A DNA stretch of 64,000 bases from Callorhinchus milii (taxonomy: Eukaryota), in assembly GCF_018977255.1 (NCBI RefSeq), contig NW_024704743.1, positions 46,378,001 through 46,442,000 of the forward strand, written 5' to 3'. Below the pieces are notes generated by a model that worked only from the letters and a program-made list of their open reading frames with translations, was not told the DNA's origin and searched no databases. Of the stretch, positions 38,431-51,940 are shown piece after piece. Made by a program: the position numbers and the translations under genes. Positions within the stretch are counted from its first letter, which is position 1, and every line of letters begins with the position of its first letter.

Positions 38431-39330
38431 GGTGATAGACTTTTCTGATCCCACAGTATTATAATAATAATCATTGGATTTGGTGAAGCATCTTTCACTT
38501 TGGGAGGTCATCTGAGAGTGCTTCACAGGATATACTGTAAAGTGGAGAGACTGTGTGTTTTATGGGAGAAATACATTATGCTCCTAGGATTTGAATATCA
38601 AACAGCATTTTTTTCTAGTTCTTAATTATTTAAGTAAGCACATCCTCCAAACATGAAAGCCGCTACTGTATAAAAATGTAAATTGCATTGTATTTGTTGG
38701 TTTCTTTCTGAGATTCAAAAAACAGTGAGAACATTGAAGCTCTAATTCTTTGGTGTTTTCCTGATACTAGAACATGAGATTTTAATGCCTGGTGGGTTTT
38801 AGATTTATATCAATCTTTGTGAGTATCAGGACATCAGAGAAATTGAAACCACGTGAATCCAACTGTACATATTCCTTACCTAGTTGTATTAGATAGAGGT
38901 ACATAATTAACATGTTTATGTGCTCTATGGCTCTGTTGACAAGAGTTGTCTGATTCTGTATTTGAATGCGTTTTGGCTTGTTCTAATATTATACACACCA
39001 GACTATGAATGTCTTAGTAATGAACTGTAGCTCATTTGACAACAAGCCCTCAGTGACAATGGCACATTAGAAACTCTTTTTGGGTAGGTATGAGCTAGTC
39101 ATTAATAGCACGGAGAGGCTGTTGGGACTGATAGATGTTCCCTGCACAAAACTGCACTCAATGAATTCGACCCGATAGAGATTTGAAATCACATGTATTG
39201 GAAACAACAGAATGAAATGTATCCAAATATAAACGAAATGGGAACGTTCTTAATGGAGTGCTATGGAGGAGGGAAGATATCCAGGAGTACAGATGCATTC
39301 TTTAAAAGTGAGAGTACAAATAGATAATTG

Positions 39331-39666
39331 TGGAGTCCTGTAGCTCAGTGGTTAGAGCACTCGCTTTGCAAGTGAGAGACCTGAGTTCAATTCCAGGCAG
39401 GCAGGGCGAAACCTTGGGCAAGTTTCCTTACTCCACACGCCTAATAATAATCCCTCCAAAAAACCCAAAACAATAATAAATTGGTCATTTTCAATCCATA
39501 CGACTGTTTGTGGGACATTGCTGTGCGCAATTGGCTGCCGCGTTCGCCCACAAATATACAGTCAATTCACTTTACAGTGTGTTCTGTGAAGCGCTTTGGG
39601 ACGTCCTCCCGACGTGAAAAGCGCTATATCAAATGCAAGGATTATTATTATTATTATTATTATTAT
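39331..39666 (+). mobile_element. Family A SINE, full length, very young subfamily
   Basis: Near-identical to the reverse complement of 32568-32891. Confidence 0.95.
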
Positions 39667-39739
39667 AAAACCGTTAAAAATAGAATTCTAGGTTTCTGGG
39701 TCCCAGTGTGAAATCTTTGTGTCTTGTCCAACTGTTATT

Positions 39740-40050
39740 TAAACGCCAACCACATCCATGCTCTGACCAGTTCAGCTTTCAACCTCTGCAACGTTGCCCA
39801 CCTCCGTCACTAGCTCTCCCGCGGGCTGCTGAGACCCTTATCTGTGTTTTCATCATGTCCAGGCCAAGTCTCTGCTCCTTGGACTCCCCAACCCTTCCCT
39901 CCACAAGCTGCAGACCATCCACAACTCTGCAGCTTGTGTCCTTTCCTGCACTAGGCTCCACGAGCTTGGGTGCAAATCTTTGACTGTCCAGTGCCTTGGG
40001 ATGTCTTACTGATGTGGAAGGCACTATATAAATGCAATCTGTTGTTGTGT
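39740..40050 (+). mobile_element. Internally deleted L2 fragment
   Basis: AAETLICVFIMSR translation followed directly by the L2 tail. Confidence 0.7.
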
Positions 40051-40224
40051 TATGTATTGAGCAAGGAGCTAGCTTTGTATTTGACATCAGTTAGGCTCTA
40101 GTTGGAGTATTGTATCCTGTGTTGGGCCTACCATAATAGAAGAGCCATCACGGCTATCAAGAGAGTACAGTGGAGATTAACTAGGATGGTACCAGGAATG
40201 AGAGGTTATTGTTGTGTGGAGAGA

Positions 40225-40455
40225 ACAATCGGGAGTGTTTCGAACCCGAGCTGGGGGTCGGGATTGGAGAGGGTGGAGAGCAGTGGGGGAAGGAGGGTGA
40301 CCAAAGGCATGGTTGAAGAGGAAGGTCTTGAAGGAGGCAATGGAGAGGGCGAGGCGGAGGGACTGCAGAATGAAGTTCCAGAGGGTGGAGGCAGAGTGGC
40401 TGAAGGCCCCCTCGCCAATGGTGGGGCGGGTAAGTCGGGGGATGTAAAGAGGGCT
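40225..40455 (-). mobile_element. L2 3' UTR fragment nested in CR1 remnants
   Basis: Matches 22040-22260. Flanks resemble CR1 (RVQWRLTRMVPGMRG). Confidence 0.8.
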
Positions 40456-42049
40456 AAGATTCTGTGTTCAAGTCCCAATGCTTGGAGAAATATAGATTAA
40501 TGCAGAGAATAATACATGTAGAAAGTAAAAATAGGAGGCACACACAAATAATCCTTGCATTTGATAGAGCGCTTTTTATGTTGGAGGAAGTTTCAAAGAT
40601 CTTCACAGAATTTAACTTGGAAGTGTAGTGACTGTGTATTTTCTAGGCAAACCGTACTTAACACATATTGATGTTGTGGCCAAGTCTAGAATAGCATTTA
40701 AAAGGAAATACGATAAATATTTGAGAAAGAAAATAAAAAGGGAACCAGAAAGAGAATGGAATTAGAAAACATAAAGTGGGGAGCTAGCTAACAGCAGCAC
40801 AACATGATGGGGCTTGACCTCTTTCTATGCTGTAAATTTTCTATGATTCTAAAGAAGTTACGGGTGATTACTAATGTGTCACCTCAGGGTTCAAGTGAGT
40901 CACAAACCATTTGATACTCTTTTGGGTTCTTGCATTATCAGAACCCCTTTGATTGTATTGTTGCCTTTGTAGTTTCTGTCAGGCATCGTTTAACATCTAT
41001 ATGTTATAGTGAAATAAATGAAACATTGGGAATTGTGATCTGCACTATCAATATCTCCCATGACAGTGTATTAGAGTTAAGCCTTCCAGTGTTGGAGAGG
41101 CTTTACAGGAAATTGCTCTCCTGTTGGCTTTCAGAAATGAATCCTCATTGATTGAGTTTCAAAGCAAAATAACACAAGCTTCACATAAAACATACAGACC
41201 GGAAGGCCACCAATTCAAACCTGTACTGATTTAACTAATCGCAGTTAGGGCAGGAGTTAGGGCAAAGTCATTAACCTCAGAGTGCCTGGGTTTTTAGAAG
41301 GGAAATTTAGAGAAGGCACCTAATCTCTAAAGAGCCTTGCTGGAATGTGTAGATGTTGGATAAAGCATAGGATCAGGCTACGCATGGTCAGATCGTCTGT
41401 CAACACTCACTGTCAAGGGTCAAACATGAGTAATGGCAATTTGGACGAGGCACCATAGCCTGACAGACATCATGAAACATTACCCCAGTAGAAAGATAAA
41501 GCATTGAAACACCTTCAGGAGAGGAGGGGAGAAAAATGGATGAGATGATTCTGTAATTCTTTTCATTGGTTGTTAATTATAGAAGTAAGGCACCCATTTG
41601 CATTTGCACATTGTTTGCGCATAAGTTGGCAACCCATAAATTAGACGGATTGTAACAAGAGAGTCCCTGCACATACTTGTTTCTGATACTTGACACTCTC
41701 ATTTGACTTCAGATGGCATGTTTTCAGGCAAAAGGGGAGAGAGAACCCAAATTCCCAAACTGTATGAATTTACGTTGTCTTGCACCCAGTAAGGTTTGAT
41801 TAAAAATGAAAGTGTCATCACAAAAGGTGGAACTTGCAAATACTACAGAACAAGAGCAGGATCCTAAAAGAAACTTCTTGTGATTGTCCAAGAAAAACAC
41901 TCTAAACTTCAATTTCAGGAGGAATCTCTGTGGAGTCTCTTATCAAGAACGCAAAGACTGCAACTTATTGCAAGCTTGCGATAACACGCGTTACATGAAT
42001 GTGCTAAGATCAGAGTGTGTGATGTTGATTAGAGCACTTCACAAAAAGA

Positions 42050-42290
42050 AGACATAGGTTTAGAGTTATTAAGGGCAATTTCAGGACAGACACAAATAAG
42101 TTTTTCTTTACGCAGAGGATAATCAACAACTGGAACAGATTGCCAGGAAAGAAGGTAGCAGCCAGGACTGGACTAATTTAAAAAGGAGCTTGAAACAGGG
42201 TTGAGGGGATGTCAGTGTTTTCAGGAGGGATGAGATTGGATGGACCAAAGGACCTTCTTCATTTTTTGTAGACCAATCTTGTGAAACATT
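42050..42290 (+). mobile_element. CR1 3' end remnant
   Basis: ttctttacgcagaggataatcaacaactggaacagattgcca translates to FFTQRIINNWNRLP. Confidence 0.7.
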
Positions 42291-43142
42291 CTTTTATCAT
42301 GTGGATTCTCATTAACCTGTATGGAGTAAAAATCAATTCAGACATTGCAAAATACTTCAGCTTGCCTGGCGCAAAGCCAAGTTTAGAAATGGACTTTACT
42401 ATTTAAGAACTGCACTAGCATATTTATGAATGTGCAAGGCCAGAAAAGACTATTGGGTACCTTTGGGCCAGTTTAATAAACTGGGTTGAAATGAGAAATA
42501 CTTTTCATATTCAATGGGGTGGAGGCAGAGTCTGTTCCCAATGGTTAAGTCAGAGACGTTGCATTGGACTTTATGCTTGCACTGCTGGTTAGCAGGATAC
42601 TGGATTATTTTGGTCTTATGAAAACCCATTATTGCTCAAACCATCATTTGGAGGCCATGATCCCTGGGCTGTAATTCTAAGAGTAAGGACGCTATTTCTC
42701 CAACATCATTGTCAAAAACAACCTCGAGAGGAGGGTAAGTTCTACTGTGGACCCAGTTGATGTCATAAATATTGTTTGGACTGCAAAGTTCACCCATGTA
42801 TGTATTTTTATCCCACAGATCACTCTTTCAATACTCACTCAATTTATTTCCAATGTCTGCCTCCACTATCTCCCAGGGAATCTGTTCCATAACTTTCACA
42901 AATTCTACTTCCTAAGCATGCACTTTTTTGGTAAATTGTGTGCCCTAACCTTAACTTCAGTAGAGAAGCCCATACAGCAATGTGAATTTTCCGTTTTCCA
43001 CATAAGCTTCCTTTGTGGTCTTTTCTGAGTGTGATAATTTGCATCAAATTAAGGAAATGGGTTCAAACTATCTAAACTAATGGAGCTGAAAGGTGGGCAT
43101 GTTGTCTTATGAGTACTCCTGGTCCCATTCTTCCTGATATTT

Positions 43143-43292
43143 AGCTGTTTGTGGGACATTACTGTGCGCAATTGATCCCGCGTTTCGCCCACAAAACGCA
43201 CAGTCCACTTTATAGTATATCTTGTGAAGCGCTTTGAGACATCTCAACAACATGGTAAGGCCCTATATCAAATGCAAGGATTATTATTATTT
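43143..43292 (+). mobile_element. SINE 3' half
   Basis: gctgtttgtgggacatt...atatcaaatgcaaggattattatt. Confidence 0.85.
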
Positions 43293-44155
43293 CTAGGGAA
43301 CAAAATAGTACAGTACAGTTTTAACTATAGTAACGTAATGAAGACTTTCAATATAACATCAGCTTATATTGCCAAACAAGCTCAGTATATAGTAACTACT
43401 GCAGCTGCACAATCTCTTTGCAGAGCATTAAATGTAGTAACAAACATTCAGTGAAGTATTACTGTAACTGAACAGCACTTTCAGTGCAGAACTAATGAGT
43501 AACAAAATTGCTTAGAACAGTACACAACAATACTTGCATCTATGTAGCGTTCTTCAAGCAGGATAACGCCTGGGAATGTTTCAATGTGGTGAGCTAGAAG
43601 GGGTCGGGAAGGTGACAATGGGCCCTGGTCGAAGAGATAGGTTTTAAGGTAGGATTTAATGATCGATAAAGAGGGAATGAGACAGAGGGATAGAGACAGG
43701 GAGTTAGAGGAGTAATAACTAATGACTTGTTAACCAATGGTGCCATGGAGGGGCTGAGTATACATAGCAGGCCTGTGCTAGCTGAGCAGATTGGGCAAGC
43801 AGAGGACTGGGGTACGAGGAGATCAGAGAGATGGGGAGGTGCTGGAACATGAAGGGAATCATATGTGAGGGTGAGTACTAGCTGTAGTCCAACAGGATTA
43901 TGCCATGTTGATCTGAACTGCATGTGGTACTCTACTTGCGGGCTAACTAGAGCACTGTACAACCAGAGTATGACTGGGGATCTAAACTCAATTTATTTGT
44001 CATTATAGAGCAGCATCTTGTTTACCTTGTTTATTGCTGCCTCACACTGAGTAAATTTACACCCCTAGATCTCTTTCAGCTTTCCCCCTTGGCGAGTTCT
44101 ATCCCATTCATGAGTACATGCATTTCCTGCACGTATATAGTAGGAAGCACGTAGT

Positions 44156-44325
44156 ACAACAACAAGATTTCATTTATAGAATGCCTTTCACGTTGGAGGA
44201 CGTCCCAAGGCGCTGGACAGTTGGGTCGGGACCCGAGCAGGGGGGAAATGGTTAGGGGGAGGGAAGGGAGGGAGCGAGGAGGGGGTAGGGAGTCGAGAGG
44301 GGAGCTGAAGGCACGGTCGAAGAGA
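44156..44325 (-). mobile_element. Short young L2 3' end
   Basis: Highly similar to 900-1120. Confidence 0.88.
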
Positions 44326-45570
44326 AGCAAGTACCTTGCATTTATCTGTATTAAACTTCATTTACCAGTTATTGGCCCAAGTGTGTACCCTGTCAAGTCT
44401 CTTTGTAAGAACTTTGGTAACAAACATTCTCAGATGATATTATCTGCAGTAACAAACGGTATTACACCACAAGCTGTAGTAAACATTATTGTTACTACAG
44501 TAACTTAGTTATTAGTACCCTACCGCATTGGGAGGTAAAATCTCAATGTCTGGATTTATTACTGTTAAGTTCTCACTTTTTCAATCAATAAAATTAAATA
44601 GTGATCTCATCTCAGCATAGAATCTTTAAGGCATCCTTCACTGGACAAATCTAAAATATATAACTAAAATAAATTGACTTAACATTATTTTACAGAGAAA
44701 TATGGTCCTATTAATTAAAAGCAGATTTCCAGAGTAGGGAAGGACAGCATTTCTAAAGCAGCCAACTGGCACCCAACATACAACACTTATGTGATTATAT
44801 AGTGGTTCTTCTTTCAAACAGAAATAAATATCCTGGGGGAGTGGTATGTGGAGTTTTGCTGGGGCTAAACTGACTCCAGAGAGAGAGGTTTGGCAACATC
44901 AAGTAGGTCCATGATAATTTGAAGGCCTTATTGATGGTTTATCAGCCAGACTTGTGCGTCTCATCAATGAAGCCAAAGTGTATGTATAACCGTAAATCTG
45001 TTACCCAAAGCCCTAATATGCAAGGCAGCCCAAGCAGGGTATCTCTGATTGTCCGGCACCTTGGGACATCCTCCCGACGTGAAAGGTGCTATACAAATGA
45101 AATTTGTTGTTGTACTACAAGGTTATCAGGTGAACTATTGGCTTTTATTAGGCACCAATAGATTTGATTGAGTCCTTTGATATTCATTCTATATTGTCAT
45201 TAATATTTTAGACAGATCAGATGGAAAATTAACATAAATACACTGGTGTGCAAAACCTGTTTTTTTTTGCATCCAGCATGTTCTGTGCACATGTGCTAAA
45301 GAAGATAAATGTGTTTAGTTTAAAGACAACAAGAATAGATTCACTGGTCCAAAACAATTGATAATTAAAAAAAGACTTGTGAAAAACATTATCTGTCTCC
45401 ATTGTGTAAAACACTCCTTCTGTTATTACACTGACTGTGAATTTGCTCACACGAATAAAACCCTTTTGTATAAATGTCATCTCAGCACATAAATTACAAG
45501 AATTGTGTGTGTGGGGGAGTGGGGGAGAGAACATTTTATTTTGTAAGAGTTCTACAATTAATTAATTAAT

Positions 45571-45680
45571 AAGAACATAAGAATTAGGAGCAGGAGTAGG
45601 CCATTCGACCCCTCGAGCCTGTCCCGCCATTTGATAAGATCATGACTGATCTTCTGACCTAACTCTAATTACCTGATTGA
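45571..45680 (-). mobile_element. Short young CR1 3' end
   Basis: aagaacataagaattaggagcaggagtaggccattcg.cccctcgagcctg, as at 49271. Confidence 0.9.
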
Positions 45681-47559
45681 TCAATTAATTTGCTTCTATA
45701 GAACGATACATTTTACTTTTTATTTTGCATTCGTAATCTATCCACTGGGTCTGCGGTAGTTTCAAATTTACCCTATTTGTTTCCTGAGTCTGTGACTTTT
45801 ATGTTTTGCTCTGTTTTGGAAGCTAAGTTGTGTCAGCACATTTTCCTTCAAAATTAATTAGTGGTATCCAGTGCCTGTATGAGTGTGCAGATCAACAATA
45901 AGGGAAGTACATTACTCAAATACTTTGGATAATGAAGCCCCTGACAAAACACTACTTCACAGCAAGTTTAAAATGAATACATTTTTGTGGATTATAGGTT
46001 TCAAACACACATCTTATATTCCCTCAGGCAGACTGTCATTCCGCAGACGCTGTGTTTGAGGGTCTTTGGCTTGCAAGGGCACCAGGAAATTGTGTATGAA
46101 GGAAAAGGCATGTGCAATAACCGCTGGCTTTGCTGTTCCTTACTTTTGTGTTCTTTCATACTGAATCTTTCCAAAGACTGTTTGAGATTGTCTCAAGTGC
46201 TTCTTTCACATGCAATCAGCGATTGCTGTACAGAAAATCCCTCCTTTTATTTTATTCCCCATTAGTCGGATTTTTATTTTTTCCTTGAATTTGATTGGAA
46301 GTGCACTTGAAAGTTATGTCTTGGCTCATTCCCATGTTCAAATTTCTTGGCTCGCTCCCATGTTAATCTTAGCTAAATATGGAACTCTTTAGTGCTGAGG
46401 GGAGGAGAGGGAAAGAACATAAAAAGTGCAGTTTTGTTGTGATCGAAAGAAAGTAAGAGGCCAAAAGCCGGGTTGCAGGCCCCAAACATAACATGACTCT
46501 GAACACGGAACAAAAGGGATGTTTGAGACATTGTGGAAACCCTTCACCATGCTTAACAGCATGCAGTCTAGAGGGTTCCACATATGTATGTCACAACATA
46601 TGGTAATTTTCCTGTGTCTGGAAAGACATGCCCTCTCATCCTTGGAGGGATGCACCCTGATAATCCAATGTTGGAGAATATTAGGCACAGGTTGGCAAGA
46701 GTCAAGGCTTGGGGACCGCAGAATATATGTTGGGGTTACTGCTGGAAATTAATCAGCTTGCCATTGAGAACAACTGTTCAGCTAGCTTTCTGCAGCTTGT
46801 CCAGCTAGGACCATCCTACCCATTAGAACTTTGGCTTGCAGGGTTAACAGGAAGTGTGAAGAATTTTAGTGATAGACCCAACCGATGAGCCAGGCTGGCA
46901 GGGCTACCATCAGCAGTGCCTGGAATACTGTAGACCAAGATAGCTCAGGAACTGGATGATTGAGACCACCACATAAGTGACTAATTCTGACATTCTATTT
47001 CCTAGCATGTCAATCTTGGAGCCAACTCATGTCTGAAAGACCCAATTACCTCTCCATTCCCCCCCCCCCCCCCCCCGCCCCTACAGGAGGATGGTCACAA
47101 GTTGTTCATTTGACATCTAATGAATGCAGGTTTCAAAGAGCTCCCAGCGAGATTTCTGATGAGCAGCACAGCTCAGCATGTATTGTGTGAGAGCATTCCC
47201 ACCAACCTCCCGCCCAGAGCTAAGCCGCACATCTTTACTGTGGTGGGAGGAGTCAAGTAATCACACTACCTCAATCCTGTGTGTTTTGTTGAAAATGTTT
47301 CCCGTTTGTTCTAGCTTTAATTGATAGGCTAAGGAGGGAAGAGATCCCAGCAAAAATGATCACCGTAAAGTGAACTCAGTAATGGTGTCTTCCTAGAAAT
47401 GTATTGTTTTGAAGATACCATCATTGATTTTCTGCTGCAGTTTATATATTTTAAATTACATCTTCATTTCACACAATGTGTCATCTCAACAACAGCATTG
47501 CACATTTTTTATCTTGTTTAATGTCCTCCATTTTGTTACTTACTCTCACTTTCTAACAC

Positions 47560-48040
47560 ACTTACAATTTTTGTAACGCATTCCTCACTGGTCTAATTCC
47601 ACTATCCATATGCTGCAACTTATCCAAAACTCCGGTGCCTGCATCCTCAAGTCTTTACCAAACTCCACTCTCTCCTTGTGTCCCAGTGAATGAATTTCAA
47701 GCTCCTCACCGTCACCTATAAACCCCTTCAAGCCGAGACACCTCCTTAGCTATCTGATGTCCTCCTACCCCACTCCAATTGAAAGAATTACTGCACTTCC
47801 CCTAGCTCTCGGTGCCACCGTCAGAGACTTCAGATTATATGCCCCTACCTCTGGAACTCCCTCTACCCCTCTCTCTCTCTCTGTTTAACTCCTGCCTTAC
47901 TACCAAATTCTGCGACTGTGCCTATGGCCGCCTACCCCTTTCCCTTCTCTCTTGCACAGTGTACAACTCCACCTTCATAAACCACTGTGAGACACCACCC
48001 TGGGTTAATGACCACCCTATATAAATGAAAGTTGTCATTG
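47560..48040 (+). mobile_element. Degenerate L2 3' fragment
   Basis: ctgcaacttatccaaaactc...gaatttcaagctcctcacc...tggaactccct...tatataaatgaaagttgt. Confidence 0.7.
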
Positions 48041-48249
48041 TATTTCCATGTTTGGAGGACAATGATGCTATGGCTTTAAAGACCTATATGAGACATATCA
48101 TTCTGGTCTGAATTAACTCCAGGTTCAAGAGGTGAAAAGCTAGGGTCCACTAACTTAATAAAATCTAAACTACTCTGTACTAAATGGTCAAAGACAACAC
48201 ACCAGTTGGTGTACTGGAAAATAAAAATGTTACATGTCATTTCCTGGAA

Positions 48250-48525
48250 GTTATTTGCAAGATTTCCAAGTTGATGGTAAATAGTGAATCCTGCAGGACC
48301 AGGTGTCTCAGGCTGATCTTCCAGAACTCTCTCAAGCAAATATCTGCCACCTGGGACCAGGAGCTTCTGCTCATATACCAACCTCCTGCCTGGGACTGGG
48401 ACCGTCCTCATGGTCACCAATATCCTGCCTGGGTCTGGAAGTATCCACTTGGTCATGTCCCTGGGAACACTGATCTACCCTCCGCTCAGATGCTGATCTC
48501 CTGAATGGAATCAGATGCTTCTATG
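48250..48525 (+). mobile_element. Possible RTE-clade LINE 3' remnant
   Basis: Translation PAWDWDRPHGHQYPAW resembles the decayed W-x-RPRGRP-xx-W C-terminal motif. Confidence 0.35.
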
Positions 48526-49270
48526 TGCTACAATCTGGCTTCACAGAATCAAATCTGAGATCAGAGTTTCAACAGCACACAGAGCAAATGTGAAACGAGG
48601 CCAGTGCATGAGAAGCAGCCACTGCTAATGTACATATATACGATCCACTTGGCTGCAGAAAGGAGCCACACGAGGTGAATCTGTGTAATGGTGCAATAGA
48701 CTGACTAATGGAGCAAGTGGAGCCTTTTTCATTGCTTGTTGTGCTTGTGTACCAATTAATAGGTTCCAGATGGGCAAGATTAGCCATGGTGCTTTGTAGC
48801 CAAATATTTCTTCTTTTATAGAAAAATAGGACTGAATTTCTACAAATCAGATACGTTGGCTATTATTTCTCACCTGGAACCTATTGGTACATGCTGAAAC
48901 AACAACCTGGGAGAAAACAAATGAAGGTCATTAAAGATTAGAACACATATTTCTGATTTAAGGGAATTGTGTTCCTGGAGAGGGGGGTTGGCGGATGGGA
49001 ATGTGTGTTCTCCAATGAACTTTACCTATTTGAAAATGATCCTGGTGTTTGTGGAGCCAGACTCCAAGAGTGAATTTGCATTTTATAGCACTCCCATCAT
49101 TGCCAAAGTGTTTCACAGGGAATTGCTGTCAGGTGGAGTAAATGTTTCTATGGGCAAATAGAGCATTAATCTGGGGGCCAGGATACAGGGAGAAACTTCC
49201 TTCTCTTTTTGAATGGTGGCATGGGATCTGTAAAGCTTATCTATAAATAATAATCCTTACATTTTGATAC

Positions 49271-51490
49271 AAGAACATAAGAATTAGGAGCAGGAGTAGG
49301 CCATTCGGCCCCTCGAGCCTGCCCTGCTATTTAATAAGACCATGGCTGATCTTCAGACCTAACTCTAATTACCTGCCCTATCCCCATATCCCCTAATCCC
49401 TCTATTTTTTAAAAATCTATCATGTTCAAGGACTGAGCATCTACAGCCTTCTGGGGTAGTGAATTCCATAAATTTACTACCCTCTGAGTGAAGAAATGTT
49501 TCCTCAACTCTGTTCTAAAAGGCTGACCCTTAATTTTAAGACTGATCCCTGGTTATAGATTCTCCTACCAGGGGAAACAGACCCTCAGTGTCTACTTTAT
49601 CAGCCTTTTAAGAATCTTATATGTTTCAATAAGATCTACCCTAAGTCTTCTGTACTCTAGAGAATATAGCCCTAGTTTATTCAGCCTATACTCATAGGTC
49701 AGTCCCCTCATCCCAGGAACTAACCGAGTGAATCTACGCTGCACTCCCTCTAGGGCAAGTATGTCCTTTTATAAATAAGGAGACCAAAGCTGCACACAAT
49801 ACTCTAGGTGCGGTCTCACCAAGGCCCTATACAGTTGCAGCAAGATTTCCCTAATCTTGTACTCTAAACCTTTTGCAATGAACGCTAACATGCTGTTCGC
49901 CATCTTAGTTGCTTACTGTACCTGCAAACTAACTTTTTGAGACTGGTGTACAAGGACACCCAAATCCCTCTGAACACTGACACTATCTAATCTCTCCCCC
50001 TTTAGAAAATAATCTGTTTTTCTATTTTTTCTACCTAGGTGAATAACTTCACACTTCCCCACATTAAATTCCATCTGCCACCTACTTGCCCACTCCCCTA
50101 GCCTATCTATATCCCGTTGCAATCTTTTCGCATCATCCTCAGAACTTACTCCCCCACCTCGTTTACTGTAATCTGCGAATTTAGATATGTTACATTCAAT
50201 GTCCTCGTCTAGATCATTGATGTAAATTGTAAATAGCTGAGGCCCAAGCACTGATCCTTGTGGCACTCCACTAGTCACATCCTGCCAATTCGAGAATGAC
50301 CCGTTTATCCCTACTCTCTGTTTTCTACCCGTTAGCCACTCTTCAAACCATGCTAACACGTTTGCATTAATCCCATGGGCCTTAACCTTTGCAATAGCCT
50401 TTTGTGTAGGACTTTGTCAAATGACTTTTTAAATTCTAAATATACTACATCTACTGGTTCCCCCCTATCTAACCTGCTAGATACATCTTCAAAAAAACTC
50501 TAAAAAATTAGTTAAGCATGACTTCCCTTTTGTAAAGCCATGTTGACTCTGCCTAATCTTGTTATGGTCTTCCAGGAATCCCATAACGACAACTTTAATT
50601 AAGGACTGAAGAATTTTCCCTATCACTGATGTCAGACTAACTGGTCTATAGTTCCCCATCTTTTCTCTCCCACCCTTCTTAAATAGTGGGTTACGTTTGC
50701 AATCTTCCAATCAATGGGAACCGTTCCAGAATCCAGAGAATTTTGGAAGATCAAAGACAAGCCATCCACTATCTCAGTAGCCACCTCTTTTAAAACCCTA
50801 GGATGTAGGCCATCAGGTCCAGGAGATTTATCAGTTTTAAGACCTGATAATTTACCTAAAACCATTTCTTTACTAATATTAATTCCTCCAAGTTGCTCGC
50901 TAACATTTTCTTCTTGGTTCCCCTCTATTCTTGGTAGGTTTTCAGTGTCTTCTAAGGTGAAGACAGTAGCAAAGTACTTGTTTAATAACTCTGCCATGTC
51001 TTTGTCCCCTACTATAATTCCCCCCCTCTCTGCCTCTAATGGACCCACATTTACCTTTGACAGCCTCTTCCTCTTTATATATTTGTAAAAACTCTTGCAG
51101 TCTGTCTTTATGTTCCTCGCTAGTTTGCCCTCATATTCCATTTTCTCCCTCTTAATCACTTTTTGGGTTCTCCTTTGTTGATCCCTAAAGTTCTCCCAAT
51201 CCTCGGGTTTACTACTCATTTTAGCTGTTTTATAGGCTTCTTCCTTTAACTTTATACTTTCCCTGACTGCTCTAGTTAGCCACGGTTGGGCAACCTTTCC
51301 CATGGCATTCTTATTCCTCAAAGGAATACGTGCTCGCTGGGAATTAGCGAGTTCCTTAAACGTCTGCCATTGCTGGTCTACTGTCAAATCCTTAAGTCTA
51401 ATTTCCCAGTTTATTTTGGCTAAATCCTCTCTCATACCAGCAAAGTTGGCTATACTTAAATTTAAAACCTTTTCTTCGGACTTAACTACT
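49271..51490 (-). mobile_element. 5'-truncated CR1 LINE (~2.2 kb) with frameshifted RT
   Basis: Three frames give KSPGPDGLHPRVLKE, NYRPVSLTS, QHGFTKGKSCLTN, SGVPQGSVLGP, ISKFADYSK (catalytic DD altered) and WQMEFNVGKC. CR1 3' terminus at 49271. Splits a minus-strand SINE whose tail is at 49245 and body at 51598 onward. Confidence 0.96.
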
Positions 51491-51521
51491 TCAACTACGA
51501 CTTAACTACTAGTGTCTTATA

Positions 51522-51596
51522 ATGCCTGGTTTGGATACTCTTATGCATGGTGATGAGTTTCCGCATTAGGTCTGATACCCGGCTGACCGAAAAAAA
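51522..51596 (-). repeat. Family X fragment at the CR1 5' junction, next to an N at 51597
   Basis: Reverse complement ggtcagccgggtatcagacctaatgcggaaactcatcaccatgcataagagtatccaaacc aligns with the other family X copies. Confidence 0.65.
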
Positions 51597-51597
51597 N

Positions 51598-51940
51598 TGT
51601 AGTGCCTTATTGTGTTTTTGTGACACCTCAAAGAGCTTCATGGCTGACGGTGTGGATTTTGTGGGTGAACGTGGCAGCCAATTTGCATACACCAATAGCT
51701 CTGCAGCAAGTGTTCAATTTTATTTGGGGGATTGTTGGCCAAGACATTGGGAGAAACTACCTTGTCTTTTTGGTTAGTGACATGCTATTTTTAATGTCCA
51801 CCTGGACAGGTAGATGGGTTTAACGTCTCATCTGAGGGCATTACCTGCAACAATGCAGCACACCCCCAGCACTGTATTGGAGTATTATCTTAGACTATAT
51901 GGGTTCTATGTCCCATTGTGGAGCTTGAATCAACAATCTA
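51598..51940 (-). mobile_element. Old Deu-domain SINE, interrupted by CR1
   Basis: ggtttaacgtctcatctga...caatgcagcacac core. Confidence 0.78.

Noticed and set aside
47155..47185. CTGATGAG hammerhead core (also ~25020 on the minus strand)
   Set aside because: No valid stem II plus GAAA plus UH arrangement.
49913..51435. Intact or novel reverse-transcriptase system
   Set aside because: An ordinary 5'-truncated CR1 with frameshifts and an altered catalytic motif.
51548..51580. C/D-box snoRNA-like GTGATGA...CTGA
   Set aside because: Too short, and it is the antisense strand of a family X repeat fragment.
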